Assembly (NCBI GenBank): GCA_963662335.2
Contig: CAXXVD010000001.1
Location: forward strand, 96,001-160,000
Reading direction: 5' to 3'
Source: Chloroflexota bacterium
Lineage (GTDB): Bacteria; Chloroflexota; UBA11872; VXOZ01
DNA: 64,000 bases
The position numbers and the translations under genes are program-made. Position 1 is the first letter of the stretch, and each line of letters opens with the position of its first letter. Below the pieces are notes generated by a model. It saw nothing but the letters and a program-made list of their open reading frames with translations. It did not search any database and was not told the origin of the DNA. This document shows positions 1 to 10,160 of this stretch, one piece after another.

Positions 1-489
1 GCAAACGACGGCAAAGAAAAGCAGCCACAGCAAGTACGCGTCGATGTCGAACAGGGTCTTGACCGCGTGATTGGCCGCCCACGACATGGCCCACAACTCG
101 AATGCCGTCCACCCCACCAGTTGCAGAAAGTTGAAGAAACTGGGCACATAGGAACCGCGTATGCCCAAAACGGGACGCAGCAAGACCATGGTCGGCACGT
201 GCACGCGCGCGCCGGCGTAGGCCATGAGCGCCAGCAGGAAGACGCCGATGAAACTGCCGACAATCACCGCCAGCAGCGCCTGCCGGGGCGCCATGCCCAG
301 GCCGTGGTCTTCCGCGGGCAGCACCAGCAGCGCGCCGGTGAGAATGACCAACAGGCCGATCCCCAGGTTGAACCAGAGCACGAAGTGCTGCCGGAACGAC
401 ATCCGGCGTTCGGCGGCTGGCACCGGGTCCACGCCCCACTCGGGCGGCACCTCGACCCTGGGCAGAAACTTGGACAATGTACCGAGCAT
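1..489 (-). CDS. NCS1/cytosine-permease family transporter (CytX-like thiamine-precursor permease), runs off the window edge
   Basis: Not in the ORF track; translated by hand from ATG 489 after AGGAGG: MLGTLSKFLPRVEVPPEWGVDPVPAAERRMSFRQHFVLWFNLGIGLLVILTGALL...VPTMVLLRPVLGIRGSYVPSFFNFLQLVGWTAFEL. Multiple TM helices, typical NCS1 N-terminus, downstream of a TPP riboswitch. Confidence 0.85.
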   Translation of the reverse strand, partial: MLGTLSKFLPRVEVPPEWGVDPVPAAERRMSFRQHFVLWFNLGIGLLVILTGALLVLPAEDHGLGMAPRQALLAVIVGSFIGVFLLALMAYAGARVHVPTMVLLRPVLGIRGSYVPSFFNFLQLVGWTAFELWAMSWAANHAVKTLFDIDAYLLWLLFFAVVC

Positions 490-588
490 CTGTGCATACC
501 TCCTTCTGCATGCCGGCCCCGCAATTTGCACGGGACAGGCCTTTCGCCGCAACAAGGGACACCGCGCCTGGAGTTGCCAGGCGCTCTT

Positions 589-622
589 AACGAAAACAGG
601 CGTGCTGCGGATTCAGCACGCC
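589..622 (-). terminator. Putative intrinsic terminator in the riboswitch expression platform
   Basis: Perfect 9-bp stem GGCGTGCTG/CAGCACGCC followed on the minus strand by TGTTTTCGTT; lies between aptamer and start codon. Confidence 0.6.
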
Positions 623-647
623 CAGAATTTGCAGGCTCAGCAGTGCA

Positions 648-737
648 TTCCCTCCGCAGGTATTACCCTGATCAGGTGCAAGGGTTCGAGGCCGTACGCG
701 CGCCTCATCTCAGCCCGGACTCCCGGGCTCCCCTATC
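648..737 (-). promoter_or_regulatory. TPP (THI-box) riboswitch
   Basis: Minus strand reads GGGGAGCCCGGGAGTCCGGGCTGAGATGAGGCGCGCGTACGGCCTCGAACCCTTGCACCTGATCAGGGTAATACCTGCGGAGGGAA, with the canonical CTGAGA and ACCTGATC..GTAAT.C..GCG.AGGGA motifs; extended -10 (TGcTATAGT) near 767-775. Confidence 0.93.
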
Positions 738-827
738 ACGCCGCTCTTCAGTTGTCCAACGCCGTAACTATAGCACGCGCGCGTTGCGCCCGCAACAGCA
801 CTCGTAGTTTATGGCTTCCGCCAAGAG

Positions 828-851
828 GCGGGGAACAAGCCCCCGCGCTAC
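828..851 (-). repeat. GTAG-type REP, family A (GTAGCGCGGGGGCTTGTCCCCCGC), inverted copy
   Basis: One mismatch to the copies at 1047, 1107, 54403 and 58863. Confidence 0.8.
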
Positions 852-901
852 GACTATTCGGTGTCACTAACCTTCACGGGCTAGGCGCAATCGCGGGACC
901 T

Positions 902-1576
902 CTATTCCCGATCGCGCGCCTGAAGCACGCATCGGAGGAGACGCAAAGACTCCACCGCAAACTGTCGTTGATTTGCCCCGCGCCCGCCATCCGGCAGCAG
1001 AAGCGTGGACGTCCAAACACGCTCCCGCCCATCATGCACTTCCGCCGTAGCGCGGGGGCTTGTCCCCCGCCCACGCGCAAGTTCCGCTTCGCTCTCCAGC
1101 CCTTCGGTAGCGCGGGGGCTTGTCCCCCGCTCTTGCGCGGATGTCCCTGCTTCAACCGGCCCGGCCACGGCCAGGCACACCATCCCCACCGGTTTCGCCG
1201 AACGGCGGCCGGTCTGGGGTCCGGCAATACCGCTTTCCGCCAATGCCCATTGACAGTCAAACGCGCCGCGAACATACCGCGCCAACGCCGCTACGTACTC
1301 CTCACTCACGACACCGTGTGTGCGCGCTACACCGCTAATATCCCGCGCCAGCGGCGCGTCGCTGCCGGCATACACGACCACCCCGCCGCGAAACCGCGTC
1401 TCAAACGCGGCGACGGCGCTGAGCGCGCTGGCGAGCGCGCCGCCCCCAGCAGTCTCACCCACCGCCAGCGTCTCGCCGCGCTGGGCAAGCACGTCGCCCA
1501 CCTCTTCCGCCAACCGCCGCAACTCATGGCGGCCGGACTGCGCCGGTTCACTCGGCAAGGGTGCGTTCATCGCCAT
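902..1576 (-). CDS. CinA C-terminal / PncC-like protein with an in-frame REP-derived insertion
   Basis: TLAVGETAGGG, GVVVY, HGVVSEE, SGIAGP and KPVGMVCLAV match the CinA/PncC fold; start overlaps the selB 3' end. Confidence 0.75.
   Translation of the reverse strand: MAMNAPLPSEPAQSGRHELRRLAEEVGDVLAQRGETLAVGETAGGGALASALSAVAAFETRFRGGVVVYAGSDAPLARDISGVARTHGVVSEEYVAALARYVRGAFDCQWALAESGIAGPQTGRRSAKPVGMVCLAVAGPVEAGTSAQERGTSPRATEGLESEAELARGRGTSPRATAEVHDGRERVWTSTLLLPDGGRGANQRQFAVESLRLLRCVLQARDRE
1047..1130 (+). repeat. Two family-A REP copies (1047-1070, 1107-1130) inside the CinA CDS
   Basis: Identical 24-mers 60 bp apart; encode RGTSPRAT twice on the minus strand. Confidence 0.85.
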
Positions 1577-3419
1577 GCCTTCGGGTCACGCCGTCGCGGT
1601 CCATTTGCTCTAGCAGCGGCAGCACGTACTTGCGGCTGGTGCCAAAGGCGTCACGCACCTGGGCCACGGTCGCCCGCCCCTCCCGGCCCAAGAATTCCCG
1701 CACGCGCGCCACCGCCTGCGCGTAGGCCTTACGCGAGTAGACGAGGTCGGTGTCCAGCCGGATGATGCGGCCCTGCGCCGCCAGCACGTTCAGGAAGTCT
1801 TCATCCAGCGCCAACGTCTTGCGCACCTCAGCCAAACTCGGCGGCGCGAACGGCTCCCGCTCCAGCGCGGCGAGCAGCGCGTTTGCGGTCTCTTCCTGCC
1901 GCGCGTCCAGCCCAATGCGAAAACCGAAGAGGCGCAACGCGCCTTGCTCTTCAGCAACTGCCTCGTCGGCAGAGAGGCGCTGTATGACCTCGTTGAACAC
2001 GCGGCTATGCAAGCCGAGATGACGCCGCACTTCCTCCTTGCCTTGCCCGTTGCGTAGGGGATACCGTTCGTGGAAACCCTGGAGCAGAGCGGTCACGCGC
2101 GCCGTAATCTCAGTCCAACCGGCCGCGGAGTAGAGCGAGCGGCCGAGGTCTACGGCCAGTTCCGCGCCCAACAGCCGCGCCAGGATTTCGTCAATTTCCG
2201 CAGCGGTATGCGGCAGCACACCGGCGATCTCGGCGCGCGTGCAGGGCTCCCGTTGCCGTAAGGCCTGCAGAACGACGTCGTCGGGTGAGCCGCGTTCCAA
2301 CGTAGCCAAAGCCGCGATCACGTCGTGCGCAAAGCGTTTGTGGCGCGGCGGGTAGGGGTCGAGCACTTCCCCGCCGCCCAGCGTGCACGCCGGGCTGAGC
2401 TGGCGGAGGATGAAGAGGTCGCCCTTGCTGAGGCACACCGGCTTTACGAGCAGCAGTTGCGCCAGCCCGTCCGCCCCGGGCGGGATTGATTCGCGGTCGA
2501 GCAGACGCACCCGCGCCAGCGTCTCCATGGTCCCGCTGTGGAAGGCCACCACGGTCCCATGCGCCAGCGGCCGCGGCGCGGCGGGCAAGACGCGCACGCG
2601 CACGTCGGCGAAGCGCGTGGCGGCGAGCCTTTGTGGCAACGTCAGCACCTGACCGCGATAGACGTCATCCGTGTCAACGCCGCCGACGTTCACGGCAACG
2701 CGATTGCCGGGCAGGGCGGACTCCAGCGCGTGCTTGTGACTCTGCAAGCCGCGAATGCGGCCGCTCACGTTGCCGGGGACGAACTGCACGTCGTCACCGA
2801 CCTGCAGTTGACCGTCCAGCAGCGTGCCGGTAACGATTGTGCCGAAGCCGCTGAGCGTAAACGCCCGGTCGATGGGCAGGCGCGGCCGGCCTACGTCTCG
2901 CTTCGCCGCCGTTTCCGCGAGCAAGGCGTCTAGGGCCGCGCGGAGCGCGTCCAGCCCCTGGCCCGTGACCGCGGAGACGCGCACGAGCGGGCTGTCGGCG
3001 AGCACGGTCTCCGCCACCGTCTCACGTGCTTCTTCTTCTACGAGTTGCAGCCACTCTTCATCCTCCACCAGGTCGCAGCGCGTCAATACCAGGATGCCCG
3101 CCGGCACGCGCAGCAAGTCGAGAATATCCAGGTGCTCGCGGGTCTGCGGCATCACGCCTTCGTCGGCGGCAATCACCAGCAGCGCCGCGTCGATGCCGCC
3201 CACGCCGGCCAGCATGTTCTTGATGAAGCGCTCGTGGCCCGGCACGTCTACAATGGAAATCTCCTTGCCGCTGGGCAGGGAGAGCCAGGCGAAGCCCAGG
3301 TCGATCGTCAACCCGCGCTCTTTCTCCTCGCGGAGCCGGTCCGGGTCGATGCCGGTGAGCGCCTGGATGAGCGTGGACTTGCCGTGGTCTACGTGTCCCG
3401 CGGTGCCGATCGTGTACAT
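1548..3419 (-). CDS. selB: Selenocysteine-specific translation elongation factor
   Basis: [44 protein letters not shown], and C-terminal winged-helix region ending [14 protein letters not shown]. Confidence 0.96.
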   Translation of the reverse strand: MYTIGTAGHVDHGKSTLIQALTGIDPDRLREEKERGLTIDLGFAWLSLPSGKEISIVDVPGHERFIKNMLAGVGGIDAALLVIAADEGVMPQTREHLDILDLLRVPAGILVLTRCDLVEDEEWLQLVEEEARETVAETVLADSPLVRVSAVTGQGLDALRAALDALLAETAAKRDVGRPRLPIDRAFTLSGFGTIVTGTLLDGQLQVGDDVQFVPGNVSGRIRGLQSHKHALESALPGNRVAVNVGGVDTDDVYRGQVLTLPQRLAATRFADVRVRVLPAAPRPLAHGTVVAFHSGTMETLARVRLLDRESIPPGADGLAQLLLVKPVCLSKGDLFILRQLSPACTLGGGEVLDPYPPRHKRFAHDVIAALATLERGSPDDVVLQALRQREPCTRAEIAGVLPHTAAEIDEILARLLGAELAVDLGRSLYSAAGWTEITARVTALLQGFHERYPLRNGQGKEEVRRHLGLHSRVFNEVIQRLSADEAVAEEQGALRLFGFRIGLDARQEETANALLAALEREPFAPPSLAEVRKTLALDEDFLNVLAAQGRIIRLDTDLVYSRKAYAQAVARVREFLGREGRATVAQVRDAFGTSRKYVLPLLEQMDRDGVTRRHGDERTLAE

Positions 3420-3600
3420 CTACGTGCCTTGCGGATTTTCTTTAATGCGCAGACGATTACGGGCGAGTTTCAGGACTGCGCCGGTAGTCGTCTTCCCAAC
3501 GGCCAGACGGCGGCAATGCGCGGTCGGGCGCCGCCGCGCGCTCGTGCGCAGCGTATCACACCGGCGGATACCGGCGTAAGCAACAGCCTCTTCAACCACT

Positions 3601-4662
3601 TCACGGCGGCCCGGCAGCCTTCCCAACTTTGAATACGCTCGCCTTCTTGCCGGAGACCAGCACGTCGTAGCGCTTCAAGACCGTAAAGTCGCCCCTCAAG
3701 TCCTGGATGCACCGCTCGAAGAGCGCCGGCCTTCCCGCCAAGAGCACCAGGAGGCCCCCCGGTCGCAGGATTCTGTGGCATTCGCGCAGCATTTCGCGGT
3801 GAAACTGCTCCGGATCGCCGTGCTGGGCCGAATAAAATCCCCATGGCGGGTCGGTGATGATCTTGTCCACAGAACCCGGCGCGAACGTCCGCAAGTCCAG
3901 CGCGTCCCAGCGGCCAACGACGATCTGCTTCCGCTGCCTGCCCCCTGCCCGGCCAAGCCGCCGCGCGTGCGAGCGCAGGCTCTTGACGTGCTTTGGATCG
4001 ACGTCGCCGGCCAGGATTTCGCGGTAGGGAAAAGCCCGCGCGCGCTCCAGCGGTATGGCGCCCGAGCCGCAAAACGGATCGAGCACAACGTCCGTTTCCG
4101 CCGGCTCGGAGATGAGGCAAAGCAGGTGGCAGAGTTCCGGCCGCAATTCGCCGCGTGCCAGCGTCTTCTCGTACGCCCGGTGTCGAGTGAGGCGCAGGCC
4201 CACGAAGCCAACGCCTTCCCGCCGGGACAGCAGCCAGACCTCCACGTCGGGCTTGCTATGGTTCGGCCTCAGCCGCTCGTCGGGCGCGAGCGCCCGCTCC
4301 AGGGCCGCGCGGACGCCCCGCGGCAGCGAGACGAATTGGTTGCCGTGCGAGGCCACAAACCGGTACGTGAGGCTCTTGCGCGGCAGATGGGGCGCGAGAC
4401 GGCGCGGGAAGCTGTCGTCGGCCAGAATCGCCCGGCTCATCTGCCCGATTGGATTGCGCCCCAGCCCAGCAAATGACATAAGGCAGACGAAACTATTGTT
4501 GCAAAACCGCAGCGCCCGCACCTCCGCGGCGGTGGCGGCGGAACGATACACCACGAGTCCATCGAGAAGCGTCTCTATCTTTACGCTCTCAAGCGACCGC
4601 TCCAGGGCGGCGGCAACCACCTCTCCCATGCCGGGAATGAACGTGGAGGCATACGTGGTCAT
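3601..4662 (-). CDS. THUMP/UPF0020-type RNA methyltransferase (TrmN/Trm14/RlmL-like)
   Basis: LRPEL, VLDPFCGSGAIPLE and ITDPPWG motifs. Confidence 0.75.
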   Translation of the reverse strand: MTTYASTFIPGMGEVVAAALERSLESVKIETLLDGLVVYRSAATAAEVRALRFCNNSFVCLMSFAGLGRNPIGQMSRAILADDSFPRRLAPHLPRKSLTYRFVASHGNQFVSLPRGVRAALERALAPDERLRPNHSKPDVEVWLLSRREGVGFVGLRLTRHRAYEKTLARGELRPELCHLLCLISEPAETDVVLDPFCGSGAIPLERARAFPYREILAGDVDPKHVKSLRSHARRLGRAGGRQRKQIVVGRWDALDLRTFAPGSVDKIITDPPWGFYSAQHGDPEQFHREMLRECHRILRPGGLLVLLAGRPALFERCIQDLRGDFTVLKRYDVLVSGKKASVFKVGKAAGPP

Positions 4663-4790
4663 GGGCGTGAATTCGCGGTATAGGCGTCTGATGCGCTGGA
4701 GTTACGGATTGGTCTCCCGCAATTATACCGCGATACGCACGCCGTCTCGCTTGCCTGCGGCCGCGCGCATTGGAGAACAAAGGCCCGCCG

Positions 4791-5783
4791 CTACACCTCG
4801 CACACAATGCCGTCGCCGTCACCGTCACGCGCGCTTGGCACCATCGCCTGCGGAAATCCCTCTCCGTCTCCCACGCTGCCTCGCACGCGCTCCTCACCGG
4901 CTTCGACAGCCGCGTCGCAATCGTCGTACGTGGGCGTTGGCGTCGGTGAAGATCCGGGCGTGGGTGTTGGCGCCGGAGTAGGAGTCGGTTTCGGTGTAGG
5001 TGTCGGATTGGGCGTGGGCGTGGGTGAAGGCGTCGGCGAGGGGGTAGGAGTGGGAAAGACGATTCGCGGCCGCTCCTCGCACCCGGTCAGCATCGCCCGC
5101 AGCGCGCGCACTTCGGCGGCGTCCGCGCTCAGTCCCCAGTATACCTTGACCGCAATCCAGTCCTGCGCGTATTGGCACCACGCCCCTTCCGCCGGCGGCT
5201 TCCACTGCGCCGGGTCGCGCGCGCCTTTGGCGCGGTTGCTCTCCGCCGAAACCGCGGTCAGGGTCTGCGGCAGCGTCAGGTCGTTCGCGTAGGCGTAGCG
5301 CCGCGCATACGACCACCGCCAGCCTCCGGATTCATGCGCTTCGGCAAGAGGCACGACGTGGTCGACGTCCACGTCTGAAGCGCGCCTGAGCGTCCGCTCA
5401 TCGTACCACGACCACCACGTGCCGCCGGGCACGCACGACTCGCCGTCAGCCAGCGTCCGGGCCTCGGCTACCAGCACTTCCTGGCGTGTGTTGCAGCCGT
5501 CGCCGTCATCGTCGTCCCAGCCGCCTTGCTCGTACATCCAGCGGCCGTAGGTCACGCCGCCGTCAGTTTCCGGCGCAAGCGTGAGCCACACGCCCGCCAC
5601 GTAGACTCTCCTGGGCCGGGTGCGCTCCGGCAGGCAGTTGGCCGCGTAGAATGCGTCAACGCCTTGCCAGCCCGCTTCTTTCAAAGCCGGCCGCGCGTCC
5701 TCAAGCTGGCCGCACAGCGCCGCCGTCGGCCCATCGTCGATGACAATCGAAATCCACAGTATCGAAAGTACCAGCGCCAGCAC
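4791..5783 (-). CDS. Secreted HNH (DUF1524-type) nuclease with Pro/Thr linker and C-terminal Excalibur Ca-binding domain
   Basis: [38 protein letters not shown], (PT)n linker, YDDC..A...[11 protein letters not shown]. Confidence 0.8.
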   Translation of the reverse strand: MLALVLSILWISIVIDDGPTAALCGQLEDARPALKEAGWQGVDAFYAANCLPERTRPRRVYVAGVWLTLAPETDGGVTYGRWMYEQGGWDDDDGDGCNTRQEVLVAEARTLADGESCVPGGTWWSWYDERTLRRASDVDVDHVVPLAEAHESGGWRWSYARRYAYANDLTLPQTLTAVSAESNRAKGARDPAQWKPPAEGAWCQYAQDWIAVKVYWGLSADAAEVRALRAMLTGCEERPRIVFPTPTPSPTPSPTPTPNPTPTPKPTPTPAPTPTPGSSPTPTPTYDDCDAAVEAGEERVRGSVGDGEGFPQAMVPSARDGDGDGIVCEV

Positions 5784-6032
5784 GTGTCACTCCTTTGCCT
5801 TGCGCTTGCCGAAATTCGTGGCACACACAGTTAAATGCGCGCAAGCAGCCTACACGCAACGCAAACATTGGAGAATCCTGCCGTCCCCACAAGCCTCACA
5901 CAGGCAAAGCCGCGCATAGAAGGGCCTCCCTCTCCCTGGGGAGACCATTGCATAAGCCCCTTCCCCCTCGAGGAAGGTTGGGATGGGAGTGAAAGGGCTT
6001 GACTAAGCGAGTTTCTTAGCTGCAATTAGCCT

Positions 6033-6062
6033 CTGGATTCGGGCTCTCGCCGGAGTGACGGA
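6033..6062. repeat. dRS3-like palindrome (CTGGATTC-N-GGAATGAC family); related copies near 9039, 17857 and 49237
   Basis: Shared (G)TCATTCC.....GGAATCCAG architecture. Confidence 0.55.
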
Positions 6063-6152
6063 TTCAAGCAGAGGTCTTCCCGGTGAGAGGGGAAAGCCCG
6101 CGGGGTATCAGCCAATCTCCTGCCGCCAGCCGGAGCAGCGCCAAGCCCGCCC

Positions 6153-7589
6153 CTACTCCGTAGCCGGAGTCTCATCTGCCTGAGAAACCGCCCACCGCTC
6201 CGCCAGCCGATAGAGGCCCATGCCGTGGGAACCCTTGACGAGCACCGCGTCGTGCGGCTGCGCTTCCGCCGCCAGGAGCGTTTCGGCTGCCACCAGGGCC
6301 GCATTCAGCGCAACTTCGTCTGTGTAGTCCGCCGGCATCTCCGTAATCCGCGCCGGGTCCATACCGGCCGCCCGCGCGCCGGCCGCAATATGCGCGCTCT
6401 CGGCGCCAATCGCTATCAGCCGGTAGGCATAGCGGGCCGCGGCCTCGCCTAAGAGGCGGTGCTCTTCAGCCGCATACTCACCCAGTTCCAGCATGTCGCC
6501 AAGCACCGCAAACCGCCTGCCCCGCGCGCCCAACTGGGCCAGCGTCTCCAGCGCCAGAATGCCGGAAACGCGGTTGGCGTTATAGGCGTCGTCGAGCAGG
6601 ATCGTGCCATTGCGGCCCGTCCGCGCGTGCAGGCGGCCCGGCGCGGGGCGCACGTTTGCCAGTCCCGCCGCAATCTCAGCCAGCGAGAGGCCGAATACCT
6701 GTCCTACGGCGGCGGCGGCCAACGCGGCGTAGACCCCGGCCTGTCCCAAAATTCGCGTCTTAACCTGCCCCTGGCGGTCGCCTACGCGCACGTCGCACTG
6801 CGTCCAGCCGTCCGGCAGGAGGGTCACGTTCCGCGCCGACACGTCCGCCGCGCCGTTCGTGCCGTAGAATATCGTCCGCACGCGCGTGCGGGCCGCCATC
6901 GTCCTGACCCGCGCGTCATCGCCGTTCAAGACCGCCGCACCGCTTGCCGGCAGCGCCTGTGCCAACTCGCCCTTTGCCTGCCGCACCACGTCCAGCGAGC
7001 CGAACAACTCGAGGTGCACCGGCCCGACCGCCGTCACCACGCCGACGTGGGGCCGCACCCGGCGGCAGTAGGCGGCAATCTCGCCGCGCCACTGCGCGCC
7101 CATCTCCAGTACCAACACGTCGTCTGCCGGGTGGCAGCGCGCCACCGTGCGGGGAATGCCGAGTTCGTTGTTTTCGGTGCCCAGCGTCTTGCAGACCCGG
7201 AAGCGCTCCGCCAGCACCGCCGCAATCGCCTCTTTCGTGGTCGTCTTGCCATAGCTGCCCGTGACGGCCACGATTCGCAGGGCAGGGCGCTTTCGTATCA
7301 GGTAGGAAGCCAACTTCCACGCCGCGTCATTTGGATTCCGCACGCGAATCTGCGGGATACCCACGCCGGCACGCGGACGTTGGCACAGAATCGCGGCGGC
7401 GCCCTTGGCCGCGGCGTCCGGTATGAACGCATGACCGTCGCGCTGGCCGGTGCGCAGCGCCAGAAAGACCTCGCCCGGTTGCAGTATGCGCGAATCGTGG
7501 CAGAGACCCGTGCAGCCAATGTCTGCCGCATCTAAGCCGGGCGGCGGCTCGCGGCGCAAAGCGCGGTAGAGATCGGCAAGTTGGAACAC
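6153..7589 (-). CDS. murF: UDP-N-acetylmuramoyl-tripeptide--D-Ala-D-Ala ligase
   Basis: HDSR, DGHAFI, AVTGSYGKTTTKE, NNELG, VLEMG, DDAYNAN, VLGDMLELG, VLVKGS; start taken at GTG 7589 because the ORF-track extension overlaps ddl. Confidence 0.9.
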   Translation of the reverse strand: MFQLADLYRALRREPPPGLDAADIGCTGLCHDSRILQPGEVFLALRTGQRDGHAFIPDAAAKGAAAILCQRPRAGVGIPQIRVRNPNDAAWKLASYLIRKRPALRIVAVTGSYGKTTTKEAIAAVLAERFRVCKTLGTENNELGIPRTVARCHPADDVLVLEMGAQWRGEIAAYCRRVRPHVGVVTAVGPVHLELFGSLDVVRQAKGELAQALPASGAAVLNGDDARVRTMAARTRVRTIFYGTNGAADVSARNVTLLPDGWTQCDVRVGDRQGQVKTRILGQAGVYAALAAAAVGQVFGLSLAEIAAGLANVRPAPGRLHARTGRNGTILLDDAYNANRVSGILALETLAQLGARGRRFAVLGDMLELGEYAAEEHRLLGEAAARYAYRLIAIGAESAHIAAGARAAGMDPARITEMPADYTDEVALNAALVAAETLLAAEAQPHDAVLVKGSHGMGLYRLAERWAVSQADETPATE

Positions 7590-7690
7590 GAGTGGGCGCG
7601 CTCCTTGCGAGCGGTTCTGCGGGTCGGGGAAAGATGCGCAGGCGACCGCGGCGCACGCCGCCCTACACGCTAGGAGAGACCGCGCCGACC

Positions 7691-7699
7691 TGCTATAAT
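7691..7699 (+). promoter_or_regulatory. Extended -10 promoter element upstream of ddl
   Basis: TGCTATAAT about 50 bp before the ddl ATG. Confidence 0.5.
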
Positions 7700-7749
7700 G
7701 GTGCCGCCACTCGTCAGCATAGCACACGGCGTCGAGCGCCACTTCAACC

Positions 7750-8859
7750 ATGGGCAGAAAGCTCCGGGTCGGCTTGCTCTTTGGCGGACGTTCAGCCGAA
7801 CACGACGTGTCGGTGGTTTCCGCCCGCTGCGTGCTGGCGGCGCTCGATTCGGCGAAGTACGAAGTAGTTCCCATCGGCATCAGCCGCGACGGGCGCTGGC
7901 TGCCGGACGACGACCTCCGGCGCTCACTGGTGGACCAAGCGCAGGTGTCGCCCGGCGCAGATTCATCACAGCCGGCACTCAGCCCGGCCGCGGCCTTGGC
8001 CCGCGGCGCAACGGCCAGGGCCACCCACGACTCGTCGCCTTTCGCCGCGCTGGACGTTGTCCTGCCCATTCTCCACGGCCCCAACGGGGAAGACGGCAGC
8101 ATTCAAGGCCTGTTGCAACTGGCCAACGTGCCCTACGTGGGCTGCGACGTGCTCAGTTCGGCGTTGGGCATAGACAAACTGGTGCAGAAGCGGCTCTTCC
8201 GTTACGCCGAACTGCCAGTCGTCGACCACGTGGAAGTGCGGCGGCGGGCGTGGCGCGAGCAGCCGGACGCGTGTATCGCGGAAATCGAGGCCAACCTTGT
8301 CTATCCGCTGTTCGTAAAGCCGGTCACGCTCGGCTCCAGCATCGGCATCACGAAAGTCCACGCGCGCGCCGATCTCGCGCCCGCTCTTGACACGGCCGCG
8401 CGCTACGACCGTAGAATGATCGTGGAAGCCGCCGTGCCCCACGCGCGGGAGATCGAACTCTCGGTGCTCGGCAACGACGAGCCGCGGGTATCCGTGCCGG
8501 GGGAGATCGTGGCGGCGCACGAGTTCTACGACTACGCCGCAAAGTACGAGGCGGACTCGGCGCTGCACGTGCCGGCGCGCGTTTCCGATGCTCTCACGCG
8601 GGAGTTGCAGGCGCTCGCGCTCCGCGCCTTCAAGGCTCTGGAGTGCTGCGGCATGGCGCGGGTGGACTTCCTGCTGGACGGCGAATCCGGCGCGGTGTAC
8701 GTGAACGAGATAAACACCATACCCGGCTTTACGCCCATTAGCATGTACCCTAAACTCTGGGAAGCTTCGGGGTTGCCGTATCCGGCGCTGTTGGACGAAT
8801 TGATTCGCCTGGCGCGGGAGCGCCATAGCGAAGCCAGCGAGCAAGCTACCGCGCGGTAG
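7750..8859 (+). CDS. ddl: D-alanine--D-alanine ligase
   Basis: FGGRSAEHDVS, LHGPNGEDG, FVKP..GSSIG, FYDYAAKY, NEINTIPGFT. Confidence 0.95.
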   Translation: MGRKLRVGLLFGGRSAEHDVSVVSARCVLAALDSAKYEVVPIGISRDGRWLPDDDLRRSLVDQAQVSPGADSSQPALSPAAALARGATARATHDSSPFAALDVVLPILHGPNGEDGSIQGLLQLANVPYVGCDVLSSALGIDKLVQKRLFRYAELPVVDHVEVRRRAWREQPDACIAEIEANLVYPLFVKPVTLGSSIGITKVHARADLAPALDTAARYDRRMIVEAAVPHAREIELSVLGNDEPRVSVPGEIVAAHEFYDYAAKYEADSALHVPARVSDALTRELQALALRAFKALECCGMARVDFLLDGESGAVYVNEINTIPGFTPISMYPKLWEASGLPYPALLDELIRLARERHSEASEQATAR

Positions 8860-8890
8860 ACATGGCGCGCTAGACTGAGTAGGCGCTCTC

Positions 8891-9064
8891 TGTCATTCCG
8901 AGCGCAGCGAGGAATCTCGTGTTGCAGTAGGGCGGCAATCCGCATCCCCGTGGCGCGGGGGCTTGCCCCCCGCTTTGGGCAATTGAAGGTGGGGGCTTGT
9001 CCTCCGCTTTGGGCCGGATTGACTGACCGCGGGGCAGATGGAATCCGGCTTGCGCCGGAATGAC
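8891..9064. repeat. Mixed REP cluster (family B TGTCATTCCGAGCGCAGCGAGGAATCT, two degenerate family A, one dRS3-like)
   Basis: Direct sequence match to copies elsewhere in the window. Confidence 0.7.
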
Positions 9065-9136
9065 AGTCCACGGGCGACGGCATCACGGTTCGTGCGCGAA
9101 GGCCAGAAGACGTGCAAATCAGAAGGGGCAGCCGCC

Positions 9137-10087
9137 ATGGTAAACGGTGACATCAAGATTCTCTCCGGCCTGGCCAACGTCCCATTGGCCGCCCAGATTG
9201 CCGACCTGCTGGGCACCGGCCTCTGCGACGTCAGCATCGAAGAGGCGCCGGATTCCGAGACCCTCGTAATGGTGAATGAGAGCGTGCGCGGCTGCGACGT
9301 CTACGTGGTGCAGACCACGTCCGCGCCCGTGAACGACAACCTGATACAACTGCTCCTGATGAGCGACGCCCTGCGCCGGGCCTCGGCCAAGCGCATCACC
9401 GCCGTCATACCGTACTACGGCTACTCCCGCCAGGAACGGATGGCCCACGGCCGCGAACCAATCAGCGCCAAGGTGGTGGCGGACATGCTCCAGGCCGCCG
9501 GCGTAGACCGCATTGTGCTCACCGACATCCACGCGCCGGCCATGCAGGGCTTCTTCAACATCCCCTTCGAAACGCTCTCCGCCGTGCCGCTCATCATCGA
9601 CTACCTGAAGCAGCAGGACCTCACGGATGCCGTCGTCGTCGCGCCCGACGTGGGCCGCGCCAAGCTGGCGGAAAAGTACGCCGAACGCCTGGGCGTGCCG
9701 CTGGCGCTGATCCACAAGGCCCGCGAATCCGCCACTACGTCGCGCATCGTTGGCATGATCGGCGAACTCAAGGGCAAGAACCCAATCATCATCGACGACA
9801 TCATCACCACCGGCGGCACCATCGTCGAGACCGCCCACGCCGTGATCAATGCCGGCGCGCAGCCCCGGCTGCGCCTGGCCGCCGTCCACGGCCTGCTGGC
9901 CGGCGACGCGCCGGACCGCCTGCATCAAGACTTCATTCAGGAGGTGATTCTGACCGATACCGTGCACGTGCCGGCCGACAAGCGCACGCCCAACATGTCC
10001 ATACTCTCCGTGGCCCAACTCTTTGCCGAAGCCATCCACCGCGTGCACAACGAAGATTCGGTAAGCGGCCTCTACCTCCTGACGTGA
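9137..10087 (+). CDS. prs: Ribose-phosphate pyrophosphokinase
   Basis: ESVRGCDVYVVQ, PYYGYSRQER, VVAPDVG, IIDDIITTGGT. Confidence 0.93.
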   Translation: MVNGDIKILSGLANVPLAAQIADLLGTGLCDVSIEEAPDSETLVMVNESVRGCDVYVVQTTSAPVNDNLIQLLLMSDALRRASAKRITAVIPYYGYSRQERMAHGREPISAKVVADMLQAAGVDRIVLTDIHAPAMQGFFNIPFETLSAVPLIIDYLKQQDLTDAVVVAPDVGRAKLAEKYAERLGVPLALIHKARESATTSRIVGMIGELKGKNPIIIDDIITTGGTIVETAHAVINAGAQPRLRLAAVHGLLAGDAPDRLHQDFIQEVILTDTVHVPADKRTPNMSILSVAQLFAEAIHRVHNEDSVSGLYLLT

Positions 10088-10118
10088 GGCCGGGCTCTAC
10101 CTCCTGACGTGAGGCCGG
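10070..10118 (+). repeat. 24-bp tandem direct repeat covering the prs stop codon
   Basis: CTCTACCTCCTGACGTGAGGCCGG at 10070-10093 and 10095-10118. Confidence 0.85.
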
Positions 10119-10160
10119 CCGCGCCGCCGCCGCGAGCGCGCTGCGCCTGACACATGGGCT

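Noticed and set aside
67-1765. Long plus-strand ORFs 67..807 and 224..1765, and similar antisense ORFs throughout (e.g. 30471..32042, 54788..56212, 62313..63695)
   Set aside because: Shadow frames of well-supported genes in high-GC DNA, with no recognisable motifs.
4930-5060. Short tandem DNA repeats in the HNH and VWA genes
   Set aside because: They encode ordinary Pro/Thr linkers.
7590-8102. N-terminal extensions given by the ORF track for murF, the VWA lipoprotein, the Lnt-like and the ceramidase-like genes
   Set aside because: They overlap neighbouring real genes; downstream starts with an RBS or signal peptide fit better.
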